Below are positions 9,448-18,982 of a stretch of 64,000 nt of DNA, one piece after another. The notes beneath the pieces are model-generated. The model was not told the DNA's origin. It worked only from the letters and a program-made list of their open reading frames with translations, and searched no databases. The translations under genes were made by a program, and so were the position numbers. Location of the stretch: contig CALRHH010000001.1 of assembly GCA_943359395.1 (NCBI GenBank), forward strand, positions 20,121 through 84,120. Direction: 5' to 3'. The DNA comes from Candidatus Nomurabacteria bacterium (GTDB lineage Bacteria; Patescibacteriota; Minisyncoccia; Phycocordibacterales; UBA2100). Numbering within the stretch: the first letter of the stretch is position 1; every line of letters begins with the position of its first letter.

Positions 9448-10242
9448 ATGAGCGATTACTACAAGCCGGACAGAGGACCGAAATGGAATTACGGAGGCGA
9501 GAGCTGGAAGTTATCGCGTTCTAAAATAAGTTTGTTTCTGGAGTGTCCCCGGTGTTTTTATATAGACAATAAACTTGGCACAAAACGCCCCCCAGGCTTT
9601 CCTTTTAACCTCAACAGTGCCGTTGATTCACTATTGAAAAAGGAGTTCGACGTTCATCGTGCAGACGCAACGTCGCACCCGCTCATGAGTCAATACGGAG
9701 TCGATGCTGTGCCCTTTGCAGACGACCGCATGGACGCGTGGCGAGACGCACTGAAGCGAGGTGTTGAGTACACGCATACCGAGACAGGTTTTAGGATGAG
9801 TGGCGCAATCGATGATATCTGGGTTCGCCCCAACGGCGAATTGATAGTTGTAGACTATAAGGCCACCAGCAAGGATGGAAAAATTACTGAGCTGGACCAG
9901 GAGTGGCATACTGGGTACAAGCGCCAGTTGGAGGTCTATCAGTGGCTCCTGCGCAGAAACGGATTCAGTGTATCGAACACGGGGTACTGGGTGTATGCCA
10001 ATGCACATACGGATAGAAAAGCTTTTGATGGCCAGTTGGAATTTGAGGTTACGCTCGTCCCACACGAAGGCGATGATTCGTGGGTAGAGGGGACATTGTA
10101 CGATATAAAAAAATGTCTCGACAGCGAAGATATCCCCGCAGCGGCTCAGGATTGCGACTACTGTAGATATCGTGAGTATGCAGGAAAGAAACTGCAGGCG
10201 CTCGCCAAAAAGAAAAAAGAAACTAAATCGTTGGGGATATGA
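9448..10242 (+). CDS. PD-(D/E)XK nuclease, RecB/AddB/Cas4-like
   Basis: LSRSKI..FLECPRCF, GAIDD, VVDYKAT, QLEVY, C-terminal CDYC. Confidence 0.85.
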   Translation: MSDYYKPDRGPKWNYGGESWKLSRSKISLFLECPRCFYIDNKLGTKRPPGFPFNLNSAVDSLLKKEFDVHRADATSHPLMSQYGVDAVPFADDRMDAWRDALKRGVEYTHTETGFRMSGAIDDIWVRPNGELIVVDYKATSKDGKITELDQEWHTGYKRQLEVYQWLLRRNGFSVSNTGYWVYANAHTDRKAFDGQLEFEVTLVPHEGDDSWVEGTLYDIKKCLDSEDIPAAAQDCDYCRYREYAGKKLQALAKKKKETKSLGI

Positions 10243-10243
10243 A

Positions 10244-10321
10244 CCCCGTTAGAAGCTTCGGGAAAAGGATTGTGATTCATACCATTGGCTTTTATACAAA
10301 AGAGTATGGCTTCTAACGGGG
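10244..10321. mobile_element. miniature inverted-repeat element, copy 2 (78 bp, TGAA duplication)
   Basis: TGAA|CCCCGTTAGAAGC...GCTTCTAACGGGG|TGAA. Confidence 0.8.
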
Positions 10322-10575
10322 TGAAGACCTTTACGGAGAAAGTCCGTGATATCGTGCGGAAAATCCCGAAAGGCACGTCGATGACCTACAAGGAAGTGGC
10401 GACCAAAGCGGGCAATCCGAAAGCCGCGCGCGGCGTCGGCGCCATCATGCGCTCGAGTTACAATCGCGACATTCCGTGTCATCGCGTCGTTAAATCAGAT
10501 GGTTCACTCGGAAGTTACAATCGCGGAGGCACTTCGCGCAAGAGGAAGCTCCTCGTCCAAGAAGGGGCGCTCTAG
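10321..10575 (+). CDS. single-domain O6-methylguanine-DNA methyltransferase (MGMT/Ogt family)
   Basis: IPKG..MTY.EVA..AGNPKAARGVG, active site PCHRV; GTG start 10321, or in-element ATG 10306. Confidence 0.88.
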   Translation: MKTFTEKVRDIVRKIPKGTSMTYKEVATKAGNPKAARGVGAIMRSSYNRDIPCHRVVKSDGSLGSYNRGGTSRKRKLLVQEGAL

Positions 10576-12011
10576 AGGTTGGGAGAAAAAAGGATATTCT
10601 TGAACTGCCACGGGTCTTTCTTGTCGACGTCTTCGACGAAAAGGTTCTGACGGTCTTTGAGCGGAGTCCAATCAGTGTAGCTGCCTGTCATGGTTCCGAG
10701 ATACGGCTCCATGACTTCCATGATGCGTTCGTAGTCCATTTCGTCAGCTTCGACGACTCCCTCATTCGGGTTCTCTATCGTCCACACCATCGCGCCCAAG
10801 ACGCCGACCGTCACCTGCAAGCCCGTCGCGTTCTGATACGGAGCAAGCTTTCGTGTCTCTTCGATGGTCAACTGCGAGCCGTACCAGTACGCGCCTTTCT
10901 TGTGCCCCATGAGAAGCACTCCGAGCTCGTCCATGCCGGTCTTGATGTCGTCCATGAGTATATATTGCTCCTTCTGAAGCTGCGAATTATTGCCGAAGCA
11001 CTCCTCAATAGAGAGAATGGATGCATCGCACGAACGATACGCGTAGTGCACGGTTGGGCGAAAGACCGCCTTTTTGCCCTTGCGGACGGTGTAATAATCC
11101 GCGATAGAAACGGATTCGTTGTGCGTGACGGCACGGCCGAGGAACGGTCCGTGCTTAGGCGTCCAAGTGCGCACCAAGGTCTTTGCACCCGGCTGGTCGA
11201 GGTAGATGGCGGCGTCGCAGCCATGCGGATGCCGGTGTCCGTTTTTGGGGAAGTACTTCTCATGCGTGCCCCAACCCATTTCACATGGCTGACAGATGCC
11301 TTCGGAATGGAAGCCGACGACGGACCACGTATTCTCGAAACGGCCTACCTTTTTCGGCTTGTCGGATACCTGAGAGTCGTACTCCGCGATGTGAACAGTT
11401 TTCACGCCAAGCTTGCTCATGAGGCCGGCCCACTCCTCGCGAGTCTGCGGCTTTTTGGCTTTGACGCCCGTATCGCGGGCGATATGCATAAGGGCTCGCT
11501 TCAAGAAGTGCGAAACGATGCCAGGATTCGCGCCGTGTGTGGAAACTGCCGTCGGTCCCTTGCCGAATTTTTTCTTCGTCGCGAGCATGGTCTCACGCAG
11601 ACCGTAGTTGGAGCGCTGTGTAGTAGAGAGCTTGGGATCGGTGTATCCGCCAAGCCACGGCTCCACGACGGTGTCGAGATACAGTATGTCGCGTTTGTTG
11701 CAGTACTCCATGAGCGCCACAGACGAGACGTCTACCGAGAGGTTCAAAAGGAAGTCTCCCTTGTCGAGATATTTGTCGAGGACTTTCTTGTAGTTGCCCC
11801 GCTTGAGCGGCTCTATTAAAAAAGGGATGCCTTCGATGCGCGCGACATCGCGGCCGAGTTCATCCGCCGTGATGATGCGGATATTCTTTCTGTCCATTCC
11901 GATATGACGCAAGATGAGAGGGAGTACACCCTGTCCGATAGAGCCGAAACCAACGATGAGCAACTTGCCACCAAACTGTACGTGAACGGAATATTTACTT
12001 TTTTTCTTCAT
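10572..12011 (-). CDS. hss: homospermidine synthase
   Basis: GFGSIG Rossmann motif, LNLSVDVSS, YLDTVVEPW, GANPG, NTWSVVGF, THNES, HYAY, QNATGLQV, DPWQF. Confidence 0.92.
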   Translation of the reverse strand: MKKKSKYSVHVQFGGKLLIVGFGSIGQGVLPLILRHIGMDRKNIRIITADELGRDVARIEGIPFLIEPLKRGNYKKVLDKYLDKGDFLLNLSVDVSSVALMEYCNKRDILYLDTVVEPWLGGYTDPKLSTTQRSNYGLRETMLATKKKFGKGPTAVSTHGANPGIVSHFLKRALMHIARDTGVKAKKPQTREEWAGLMSKLGVKTVHIAEYDSQVSDKPKKVGRFENTWSVVGFHSEGICQPCEMGWGTHEKYFPKNGHRHPHGCDAAIYLDQPGAKTLVRTWTPKHGPFLGRAVTHNESVSIADYYTVRKGKKAVFRPTVHYAYRSCDASILSIEECFGNNSQLQKEQYILMDDIKTGMDELGVLLMGHKKGAYWYGSQLTIEETRKLAPYQNATGLQVTVGVLGAMVWTIENPNEGVVEADEMDYERIMEVMEPYLGTMTGSYTDWTPLKDRQNLFVEDVDKKDPWQFKNILFSPNL

Positions 12012-12048
12012 TCGACCGATGTTACCTTGATATATAAAAAAGTCTATA

Positions 12049-12109
12049 CCCCGTGAGATAGAAACGGTCTACGTCGATAACAAAAAACAATTGATTTTAT
12101 CTCACGGGG
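12049..12109. mobile_element. miniature inverted-repeat element, copy 3 (61 bp, TATA duplication)
   Basis: TATA|CCCCGTGAGATA...TATCTCACGGGG|TATA. Confidence 0.8.
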
Positions 12110-12121
12110 TATACTTGGCAA

Positions 12122-12802
12122 ATGGGGGATAAAGAGGGGAATGTAAAGATAGAAGCCTCGTGGAAGAAAGTCTTGCAAGATGAGTTCGGCAAAGAGTATT
12201 TCACCAAGCTGCGGGAATTCGTGAAAGGGGAGTATCAGCACGCCATCGTGTATCCCGCGCCCAAGAATATTTTCCGCGCCTTCGACCTTTGTCCGTTCGA
12301 CAAAATAGAGGTGGTAATCCTCGGCCAAGACCCGTACCACGGTCCCAATCAAGCCAACGGCCTCTGCTTTGCGGTGAGCGAAGGCGTGCCTTTGCCTCCG
12401 TCGCTCCAAAATATATTTAAGGAATTGGCGACCGACATTGGACTCGTGAAAAACAAAACAGGGGACTTGGAGCGCTGGGCCAAGCAAGGCGTGCTGCTTT
12501 TGAACGCGACTCTCACCGTGCGCGCACGCACTGCAGGCTCACATCAAGGGAAAGGCTGGGAAGAATTCACCGACGCGGTCATCCGCAAACTTTCGGAAGA
12601 GCGCGAGAACCTCGTATTTATCCTCTGGGGCAATTACGCCAAATCCAAAGGCGCACACATCGACCGCACCAAGCATTTGGTAATCGAATCCGCTCACCCG
12701 TCCCCATTTTCAGCTGCGAATGGCTTCTTCGGCTCCAAACCCTTCAGCAAAACTAACGACTACCTGGCGGCCCATAACAAAAAACCGATCGATTGGCTTT
12801 AG
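12122..12802 (+). CDS. ung: uracil-DNA glycosylase family 1
   Basis: GQDPYH, PPSLQNI, GVLLLN, HPSP motifs. Confidence 0.97.
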   Translation: MGDKEGNVKIEASWKKVLQDEFGKEYFTKLREFVKGEYQHAIVYPAPKNIFRAFDLCPFDKIEVVILGQDPYHGPNQANGLCFAVSEGVPLPPSLQNIFKELATDIGLVKNKTGDLERWAKQGVLLLNATLTVRARTAGSHQGKGWEEFTDAVIRKLSEERENLVFILWGNYAKSKGAHIDRTKHLVIESAHPSPFSAANGFFGSKPFSKTNDYLAAHNKKPIDWL

Positions 12803-12879
12803 GAGTACGACGCGCCGCGGTTTTGTTATACAGACGATACTTGTTTATCTGATCCGACCGGACAAATTAAACAAGGGAG

Positions 12880-14151
12880 TTAGACTCGCAAGAGAGGATT
12901 AAGTTTTTCCTTGTGCAAATGTGGGCCGATGATGGCTAAATTGAGCTTTTCGGTCTTTAGTATTTCTCTTGCCACGCGCTGCACGTCCTCTGTCGTCACC
13001 GCGTCAATTCCTTTGATTACCTCCTCAAGCGGACGTACGCGACCGAGCGTGATGAGTGAGCTGGCTGCATGCTGGGCTACCGAATCGCTCGTTTCGAGAG
13101 CGAGCGTCATCGTACCCTTCATGTAGGACTTCGCTTTCTTGAGTTCAGTCGCTGACACTTTGACACGCTTTATTTTGCGGAATTCGGCGAGGATAGTCTC
13201 GACGGCTTTTTCCAACTTGCCGTGTTCTACTCCCGCCTGAACGATAAAGGAACCTGTATCGGGATACTTATCGACAGATGCGTGTACTGAGTAGGCGAGC
13301 CCGCGCTTTTCGCGGACTTCCATGAAGAGCCTGCTGCTCATACCGCCGCCGAGGATGGTCGAGAGGACGCTGAGTGCGTATTCATCTTTGTGCAAATAGG
13401 GAAATGCTGTGACACCGAGCATAAGCTGTGTCTGGTCGGTCTTCTTTTCCTTGATAGAGACGCGGGAGGAGGATTGCTCGGAAGAAAAAGTGATGTAATC
13501 GGGAGGATTGCCGTGAGGAAGCCTGCCGAAGTTCTTTGTAATCTTGACGAGTACTTTTTCAGAAGAAAACGAGCCTGAGATACAGACGATGGTATTGAGG
13601 GGTGTGTAGTTGCGCTTGAGGTACCCAGCGAATTCTTTGCGATTAAACGCGCGAATATTTTCCTTTGGCCCCAAAATCGTGCGGCCGAGCGGGTGCGTCT
13701 TGCCGTAAATGAGCGCATCGAAGACGTTGTCTATCGTGTGAATCGGCATGTCCTCATACATATCTATTTCCTGAATGATTGCTCCGCGCTCTTTTGTAAT
13801 TTCCTTCTGAGGCAGCGTCGAATTGAGAAAGATGTCGCTTATGACATCGAGCGCGGTGTCCACGTAGCGCCCGCTCACTTTGGCATAGTAGGCGGTACGA
13901 TCTTTTGCGGTAAACGCGTTGTAAATACTCCCCACCGCATCGAGTTCTTCGCTGATTACGCGAGCGCTTTTTCTTTTCTTGGTACCCTTGAAAAACATGT
14001 GCTCGAGGAAGTGCGCGAGCCCGTTCTCCTTTTCATTCTCATAGCGCGAGCCTGTGCCCGTCATCACGACCACTGTGGCAGTTGGCGTTTGTGGCATTGC
14101 GACGAGGACTACTCGCAAGCCATTTTTGAGTGTGTGGATATCGTACTTCAT
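12880..14151 (-). CDS. M16 (pitrilysin) family zinc peptidase
   Basis: GLAHFLEHMFFKGT (HxxEH), SSRLF..VREKRGLAY. Confidence 0.93.
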   Translation of the reverse strand: MKYDIHTLKNGLRVVLVAMPQTPTATVVVMTGTGSRYENEKENGLAHFLEHMFFKGTKKRKSARVISEELDAVGSIYNAFTAKDRTAYYAKVSGRYVDTALDVISDIFLNSTLPQKEITKERGAIIQEIDMYEDMPIHTIDNVFDALIYGKTHPLGRTILGPKENIRAFNRKEFAGYLKRNYTPLNTIVCISGSFSSEKVLVKITKNFGRLPHGNPPDYITFSSEQSSSRVSIKEKKTDQTQLMLGVTAFPYLHKDEYALSVLSTILGGGMSSRLFMEVREKRGLAYSVHASVDKYPDTGSFIVQAGVEHGKLEKAVETILAEFRKIKRVKVSATELKKAKSYMKGTMTLALETSDSVAQHAASSLITLGRVRPLEEVIKGIDAVTTEDVQRVAREILKTEKLNLAIIGPHLHKEKLNPLLRV

Positions 14152-14204
14152 TGTCCGCGCATAGTATCCTCTTGCCTCTGTTCCAGCAACGGATATAAGC
14201 TATA

Positions 14205-14274
14205 CTCGCTTCGCTCGTTTAGCTCGCGCTCCCTCAGAAGCGAGAACAAGCTCTCGCTTCACTCGGCTCGCTAA
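14205..14274. repeat. REP-like palindromic element between divergent genes
   Basis: CTCGCTTCGCTCG motif, GAAGCGAGA/TCTCGCTTC hairpin, TTAGC/GCTAA outer pair. Confidence 0.45.
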
Positions 14275-14290
14275 GTTATAATCTTTCCTT

Positions 14291-16207
14291 ATGACCATCA
14301 ACGAGATACGGACGAAGTACCTCGAATTCTTCAAGGCGAACGGGCACACCATCATTCCGTCTGCTCCCATAGTCCCGCAGAATGACCCGACGACGCTTTT
14401 TACGGGAAGTGGTATGCAGCCGCTCGTGCCGTATCTCCTCGGCGAACCACACCCACAAGGTAGTCGTTTGGTGAATAGTCAGAAGAGCTTTCGAGCGGAA
14501 GATATCGAAGAGGTGGGTGACAATCGACATACGACATTCTTTGAGATGCTCGGAAATTGGTCGCTCGGTGATTACTTTAAAGAAGAGCAGCTCCCGTTTT
14601 TCTTCAAATTCTTGACTGAAGAAATCGGTCTCGACCCGAAGAATCTATATGTAACCGCATTCATCGGCGATGAAAAAAATAATGTCCCGCAAGACGTCGA
14701 ATCGGCTACTATCTGGACAAAGCTTTTTTCAGAAAAAGGCATTGACGCCAAGGTCGTGTCTATCGGCTCTGAGGCCGACGGATACCGTCTCGGTATGCAG
14801 GGTGGTCGCATCTTTTTCTATGATGCGAAGAAAAATTGGTGGAGCAGAGCGGGAATTCCTGAAAACATGCCTGCGGGTGAGCCGGGAGGCCCTGATTCCG
14901 AGGTTTTCTACGACTTTGGTACACTGCATGACGTCAAGTTTGGTGCGGAATGTCATCCGAATTGTGATTGTGGACGCTTCCTTGAGATAGGAAACTCTGT
15001 GTTTATGCAGTACATCAAAAAGGAGGATGGTTCTTTTGCCCTACTCCCCAAACAAAACGTCGATTTCGGCGGAGGGCTCGAGCGCATTGCGGCGGCGGCG
15101 CAAGGAAACCCCGATGTCTTTGCCATCGACGTCTTTGCAGATACCATCGGCCTCCTCATTCATTTTTCGGGAAAAGAATACTTAGATAGTCGTTACCAAC
15201 GCTCCTTCCGCATCGTCGCCGACCATATGCGGGCGGCAATGTTTATGCTCGAAGCGGGAGTGCGGCCGAGCAATACAGAGCGCGGATACATACTTCGTCG
15301 CCTCATCCGGCGTGCAGCACAACATGCGCAGAAGTTGGGAGTGGAGCACGGACAAGGGACAGACAGTATGCTCGTAAAATGCGCTTCAATATTTATTGAG
15401 AAATACAAACAAGCTTATCCTGAGCTTCAAGGTGACGATGTGTACCGGCAGATAACTGAAGAAATTTGGAAGGAAGAGAGGCAATTTGCGCACACACTCG
15501 AAGCGGGGATGAAAGAATTTGAGAAAATTGCCGCGACAGGTCACATCGAGGCACAGGAAGCGTACACCCTTTTCACGACTCACGGCTTTCCGTTTGAAAT
15601 GACGCTCGAGCTTGCCAAGGAGCGCGGACTTGATGTGGATTCCGAAGGTTTCAAAAAAGAAATGGACAAACATCGCGCCATGTCACGCGCTGGAAGTGAG
15701 CAGAAGTTTAAGGGAGGACTTGCAGACCAATCCGAGAAAACAACACGTTTGCACACAGCCCACCATCTGTTGCTCAAGGCACTCCAGATGGTACTTGGAC
15801 CGATGGTGAAACAGCGAGGAAGTAACATTACTCAAGAGCGTCTGCGAATCGATTTTTCATACGGAAGCAAGATGACACCTGAGCAGAAAATAGAAGTCGA
15901 GCGCATCGTTAATAAAAAAATACAAGAACACCTTCCTATGATTCGCTCTACACTTCCTAAAGAAGAGGCGGAGCAGCTAGGCGCAGAGCACGAATTCGGC
16001 GCGAGGTATCCCGACATGGTTTCCGTGTATTCTCTCGGGCCGAAGAATGCCACGGCTGAAAATCCGCAATTCGACGAAGCCTTCTCTATAGAATTTTGCG
16101 GCGGTCCGCACGTTGCGAATACATCAGAGCTTGCGGGTACGTTTAAAATACAAAAAGAGGAAGCGGTAGCCGCAGGAATCCGTCGTATAAAAGCTGTCAT
16201 AGTCTGA
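14291..16207 (+). CDS. alaS: alanine--tRNA ligase, short form without C-Ala domain
   Basis: DPTTLFT.SGMQ, HTTFFEMLGNWS, GGGLER, editing motifs HTAHH and CGGPH, ends GIRRIKA. Confidence 0.96.
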   Translation: MTINEIRTKYLEFFKANGHTIIPSAPIVPQNDPTTLFTGSGMQPLVPYLLGEPHPQGSRLVNSQKSFRAEDIEEVGDNRHTTFFEMLGNWSLGDYFKEEQLPFFFKFLTEEIGLDPKNLYVTAFIGDEKNNVPQDVESATIWTKLFSEKGIDAKVVSIGSEADGYRLGMQGGRIFFYDAKKNWWSRAGIPENMPAGEPGGPDSEVFYDFGTLHDVKFGAECHPNCDCGRFLEIGNSVFMQYIKKEDGSFALLPKQNVDFGGGLERIAAAAQGNPDVFAIDVFADTIGLLIHFSGKEYLDSRYQRSFRIVADHMRAAMFMLEAGVRPSNTERGYILRRLIRRAAQHAQKLGVEHGQGTDSMLVKCASIFIEKYKQAYPELQGDDVYRQITEEIWKEERQFAHTLEAGMKEFEKIAATGHIEAQEAYTLFTTHGFPFEMTLELAKERGLDVDSEGFKKEMDKHRAMSRAGSEQKFKGGLADQSEKTTRLHTAHHLLLKALQMVLGPMVKQRGSNITQERLRIDFSYGSKMTPEQKIEVERIVNKKIQEHLPMIRSTLPKEEAEQLGAEHEFGARYPDMVSVYSLGPKNATAENPQFDEAFSIEFCGGPHVANTSELAGTFKIQKEEAVAAGIRRIKAVIV

Positions 16208-16268
16208 TTACTCACAGATAAATTGTCCATCTGGCTTACTCGCCCTGAATGCGCGATATACTTACGCG

Positions 16269-17429
16269 ATGTTTCGCATTCATCTCGGGCGGACGCGCGA
16301 GAAAATTTTTGCCGTCGCGGATATCGGAAGCGGAAGCGCCGCTCTCGCCGTTGTCGCGGTGCCCCCAAAAGGGCCAGCACGGGTACTTGTAGCCGAACGA
16401 AGTTTCCTACCGATGGAGGAAAGAACCCCGGAGGCCATTGCTACTGCTCTCGGTACGCACCTCATCGAAGTGGGAAAGAAAGTGCTTGACTCTCACTCTA
16501 AAAAAGGAGGTTCGCAGCCTCAGTCTGTGTATGCTGTTGTACGTGCGCCTTGGACGCATTCTAAAACAGTCGAGGCAAAGACCTCTTTTCCTAAGTCCGC
16601 TCGAATTACGGCACAGATGATAGGGAAGCTCGCCCAGCAGGCCCTCGCGAGCGATACGGAATTCGAGAAGGCAAACATCCTCGAAGCAGGGGTGATGCGG
16701 GTAGAGGTGAACGGCTACCCGACAAACGAGCCTGAAGATGCCTTGGGGCATTCACTCTCTGTTGCTGTCATTATCAGCGATTGTCAGCCGGGTTTCCGGG
16801 CATCGCTTACGCACGCTTTTCAAGAGTTGTTTGGAGGTCGGAAAATTTCTATGCGCTCAGGAGTACACGCGATACTCTCGGCGTTACGCAGTAAAGCAAA
16901 GACGGCTCACAGGGATTTTCTCGTCGTGGATATGGCGAGCGAGGGGACTAATTTCATCGTCATACGTGACGGCATTACAACTGACCATGCGACTATTCCC
17001 GAAGGCAAGAACTCTCTTTTAAAGCGAATTGGCGGTAGCGGTATGCCTGACAATACCCTGACGATGTTACGACTCTTGGCACGAGGTGAGTGTCATGACC
17101 CCGCATGTGAAGCGGTAAACGCCGCTATCGCAAAAACAGAGCCTGAGTTGGTACGTACTTTCGGTGAGGTGATAGCCAAGCTCGTAGTCCGTCAACGCCT
17201 CCCCAACCGCCTCATACTCGCATCGCACGGTGACCTCGTTCCGTGGCTTACCTCGTTTTTCTCTCGCATCGACTTTGCTCAATTCACGACGACGACGCAA
17301 CCTTTCTCCGTTACACCTCTCAAATCTGTCGACTTTGCGCATCTCGCTCTCCCAGAAACAGATGTTCAGGCTGATACTGGAATATTGATAGCTGCGGCAC
17401 TTGTTAACATCGAAGAAGGGCAAGCCTGA
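16269..17429 (+). CDS. divergent FtsA/PilM-like actin-fold protein
   Basis: AVADIGSGS phosphate-1-like motif, VNGYP, LVVDMASEGT phosphate-2-like motif. Confidence 0.55.
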   Translation: MFRIHLGRTREKIFAVADIGSGSAALAVVAVPPKGPARVLVAERSFLPMEERTPEAIATALGTHLIEVGKKVLDSHSKKGGSQPQSVYAVVRAPWTHSKTVEAKTSFPKSARITAQMIGKLAQQALASDTEFEKANILEAGVMRVEVNGYPTNEPEDALGHSLSVAVIISDCQPGFRASLTHAFQELFGGRKISMRSGVHAILSALRSKAKTAHRDFLVVDMASEGTNFIVIRDGITTDHATIPEGKNSLLKRIGGSGMPDNTLTMLRLLARGECHDPACEAVNAAIAKTEPELVRTFGEVIAKLVVRQRLPNRLILASHGDLVPWLTSFFSRIDFAQFTTTTQPFSVTPLKSVDFAHLALPETDVQADTGILIAAALVNIEEGQA

Positions 17430-17459
17430 TACAGTGATGTAGAATAGACCAATCACACT

Positions 17460-18929
17460 ATGGCAAAAGATTATTTCCAAGACATTACGCCGTTATCCGA
17501 AGAGACGAACCCTCCTCGGCAACTGAAGCCGCTTCCCCCGGAACCAGACGAGCATACAGAATCCTCTGTAGCGCAGCCGGAGGCTCATGACGTACCCATA
17601 CGGGTGGATGATACATCGGCGGAGATTTCCGCGGGCGTAGGCCAAACTCCACGTGGTATTCGCAGCATATCAGCACCGATTCGTTCGCGACCAGTACATG
17701 TCGGCGGAGCACCCGGTCGTATGGACATGGATATCAGAGAATCTCCCTCTGCTATGAGTGGAATGCCTCCGCGTCCTCCGCATCGTTCTTCCCGCCTTTG
17801 GATATGGGCGGGTGCATCGGTCATCCTACTCTCTATTGTGGCGGTACTTATCATCTTCTTCAGCTCTACTACCGTTACCGTCACACCAAAATCGCGTGTC
17901 GCCGTACTCTCTTCTGCTTCAATCACAGCAAGAGAAGGAGCGAGCGCCCCTGAAGGGACTCTTTCGTACACACTTCAGACATTCGATCTCGAGGATTCTG
18001 AAGTTGTCGCGGCGGAAGGCACGACTCATATGGAGACAAAAGCCTCGGGAAGTATCACAGTCACCAATACGTACTCAGCATCTGCGGTAAAGTTGGTGAA
18101 GAACACTCGCTTCGAATCTTCCGACGGTCTTATTTTTAGAGCTCTCTCAGACATCGTAGTTCCCGGTAAGAAAGGTTCTACCGCGGGAACGGTAAATGTC
18201 ACCGTCGTAGCCGACCAACCGGGTGAGCAGTACAACATCGGACCTACGAAGAAATTCACTGTCCCGGGACTTAAGTCGACGGCGGATATGTTTGCGGGAG
18301 TGTACGCACATTCAAGCGCAGCGATGTCGGGCGGCTTTCTTGGAGAGAAACCGGGAACTGCGCCTGGGGCACTTGAGGCGGCAGTGGCACTCGTTCGCGG
18401 ACGACTTGAGGCGAAGTCTCGTGAAGCTCTTGCTTCCCAGACTAAAGACGACACCTTCGCCTTTCCTGAGCTTATCGTCATAACCTATCAATCGCTCCCC
18501 ACCACCAACGAGGCCGGAAATTCAGTAAGGATACATGAAAAGGCCCATATGGAAATTCCCGTATTTTCGAAAGATGCTTTTGCGCGAGCTGTAGCGCAGG
18601 CCGCATTCGCGGACTCCGACAATGCCGCTGTCAGCATGGAGCCCGCAGGAGACTTTACGGTGCACGCCCTGGCTTCGGGAGATCAGACGGAAGAAGGAAC
18701 TCTCAGTCTAGTCGCATCAGGACAAGCCCTCATCATCTGGACCGTCGATACCAACGCCCTCGCTACGGCACTTCAAGGCAAGGATGACTCGACGTTTCAA
18801 GCTATTGCCAACGGCTTCCCCAGTGTCCTTGAAGCCAAGGCCCGCATTGCTCCTTTCTGGAGAAGCAGCTTCCCAGATAGTCCCTCTGACATCAAGGTCA
18901 AGGTTGTCCGCCCGACCGCCGTGAAGTAG
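17460..18929 (+). CDS. membrane-anchored protein with baseplate J/gp47-like domain
   Basis: Disordered N-terminus, single TM, then KASGSITVTN, TRF...GLIFR, VVADQPGEQYNI, AMSGG. Confidence 0.6.
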   Translation: MAKDYFQDITPLSEETNPPRQLKPLPPEPDEHTESSVAQPEAHDVPIRVDDTSAEISAGVGQTPRGIRSISAPIRSRPVHVGGAPGRMDMDIRESPSAMSGMPPRPPHRSSRLWIWAGASVILLSIVAVLIIFFSSTTVTVTPKSRVAVLSSASITAREGASAPEGTLSYTLQTFDLEDSEVVAAEGTTHMETKASGSITVTNTYSASAVKLVKNTRFESSDGLIFRALSDIVVPGKKGSTAGTVNVTVVADQPGEQYNIGPTKKFTVPGLKSTADMFAGVYAHSSAAMSGGFLGEKPGTAPGALEAAVALVRGRLEAKSREALASQTKDDTFAFPELIVITYQSLPTTNEAGNSVRIHEKAHMEIPVFSKDAFARAVAQAAFADSDNAAVSMEPAGDFTVHALASGDQTEEGTLSLVASGQALIIWTVDTNALATALQGKDDSTFQAIANGFPSVLEAKARIAPFWRSSFPDSPSDIKVKVVRPTAVK

Positions 18930-18982
18930 TTTGGGGAGATTTGACTAACTCAAAGAGGCCTGCTATTCTGGACCGCGCAGAT

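Noticed and set aside
9448-10242. CRISPR-Cas locus around the Cas4-like gene
   Set aside because: No regularly spaced direct repeats or other cas genes anywhere in the window
10902-11819. Long antisense ORFs (e.g. 10902-11819, 60401-61339, 18950-19657, 4589-5281)
   Set aside because: Shadows of well-supported genes on the opposite strand, with no recognisable motifs
9375-12109. Integron attC cassette array
   Set aside because: GTTAGA precedes TCTAAC (opposite to attC order), target duplications are present, no integrase is seen, and another copy sits between the core genes murG and gltX
17460-18929. Prophage
   Set aside because: The baseplate-like domain is isolated, membrane-anchored and surrounded by housekeeping genes
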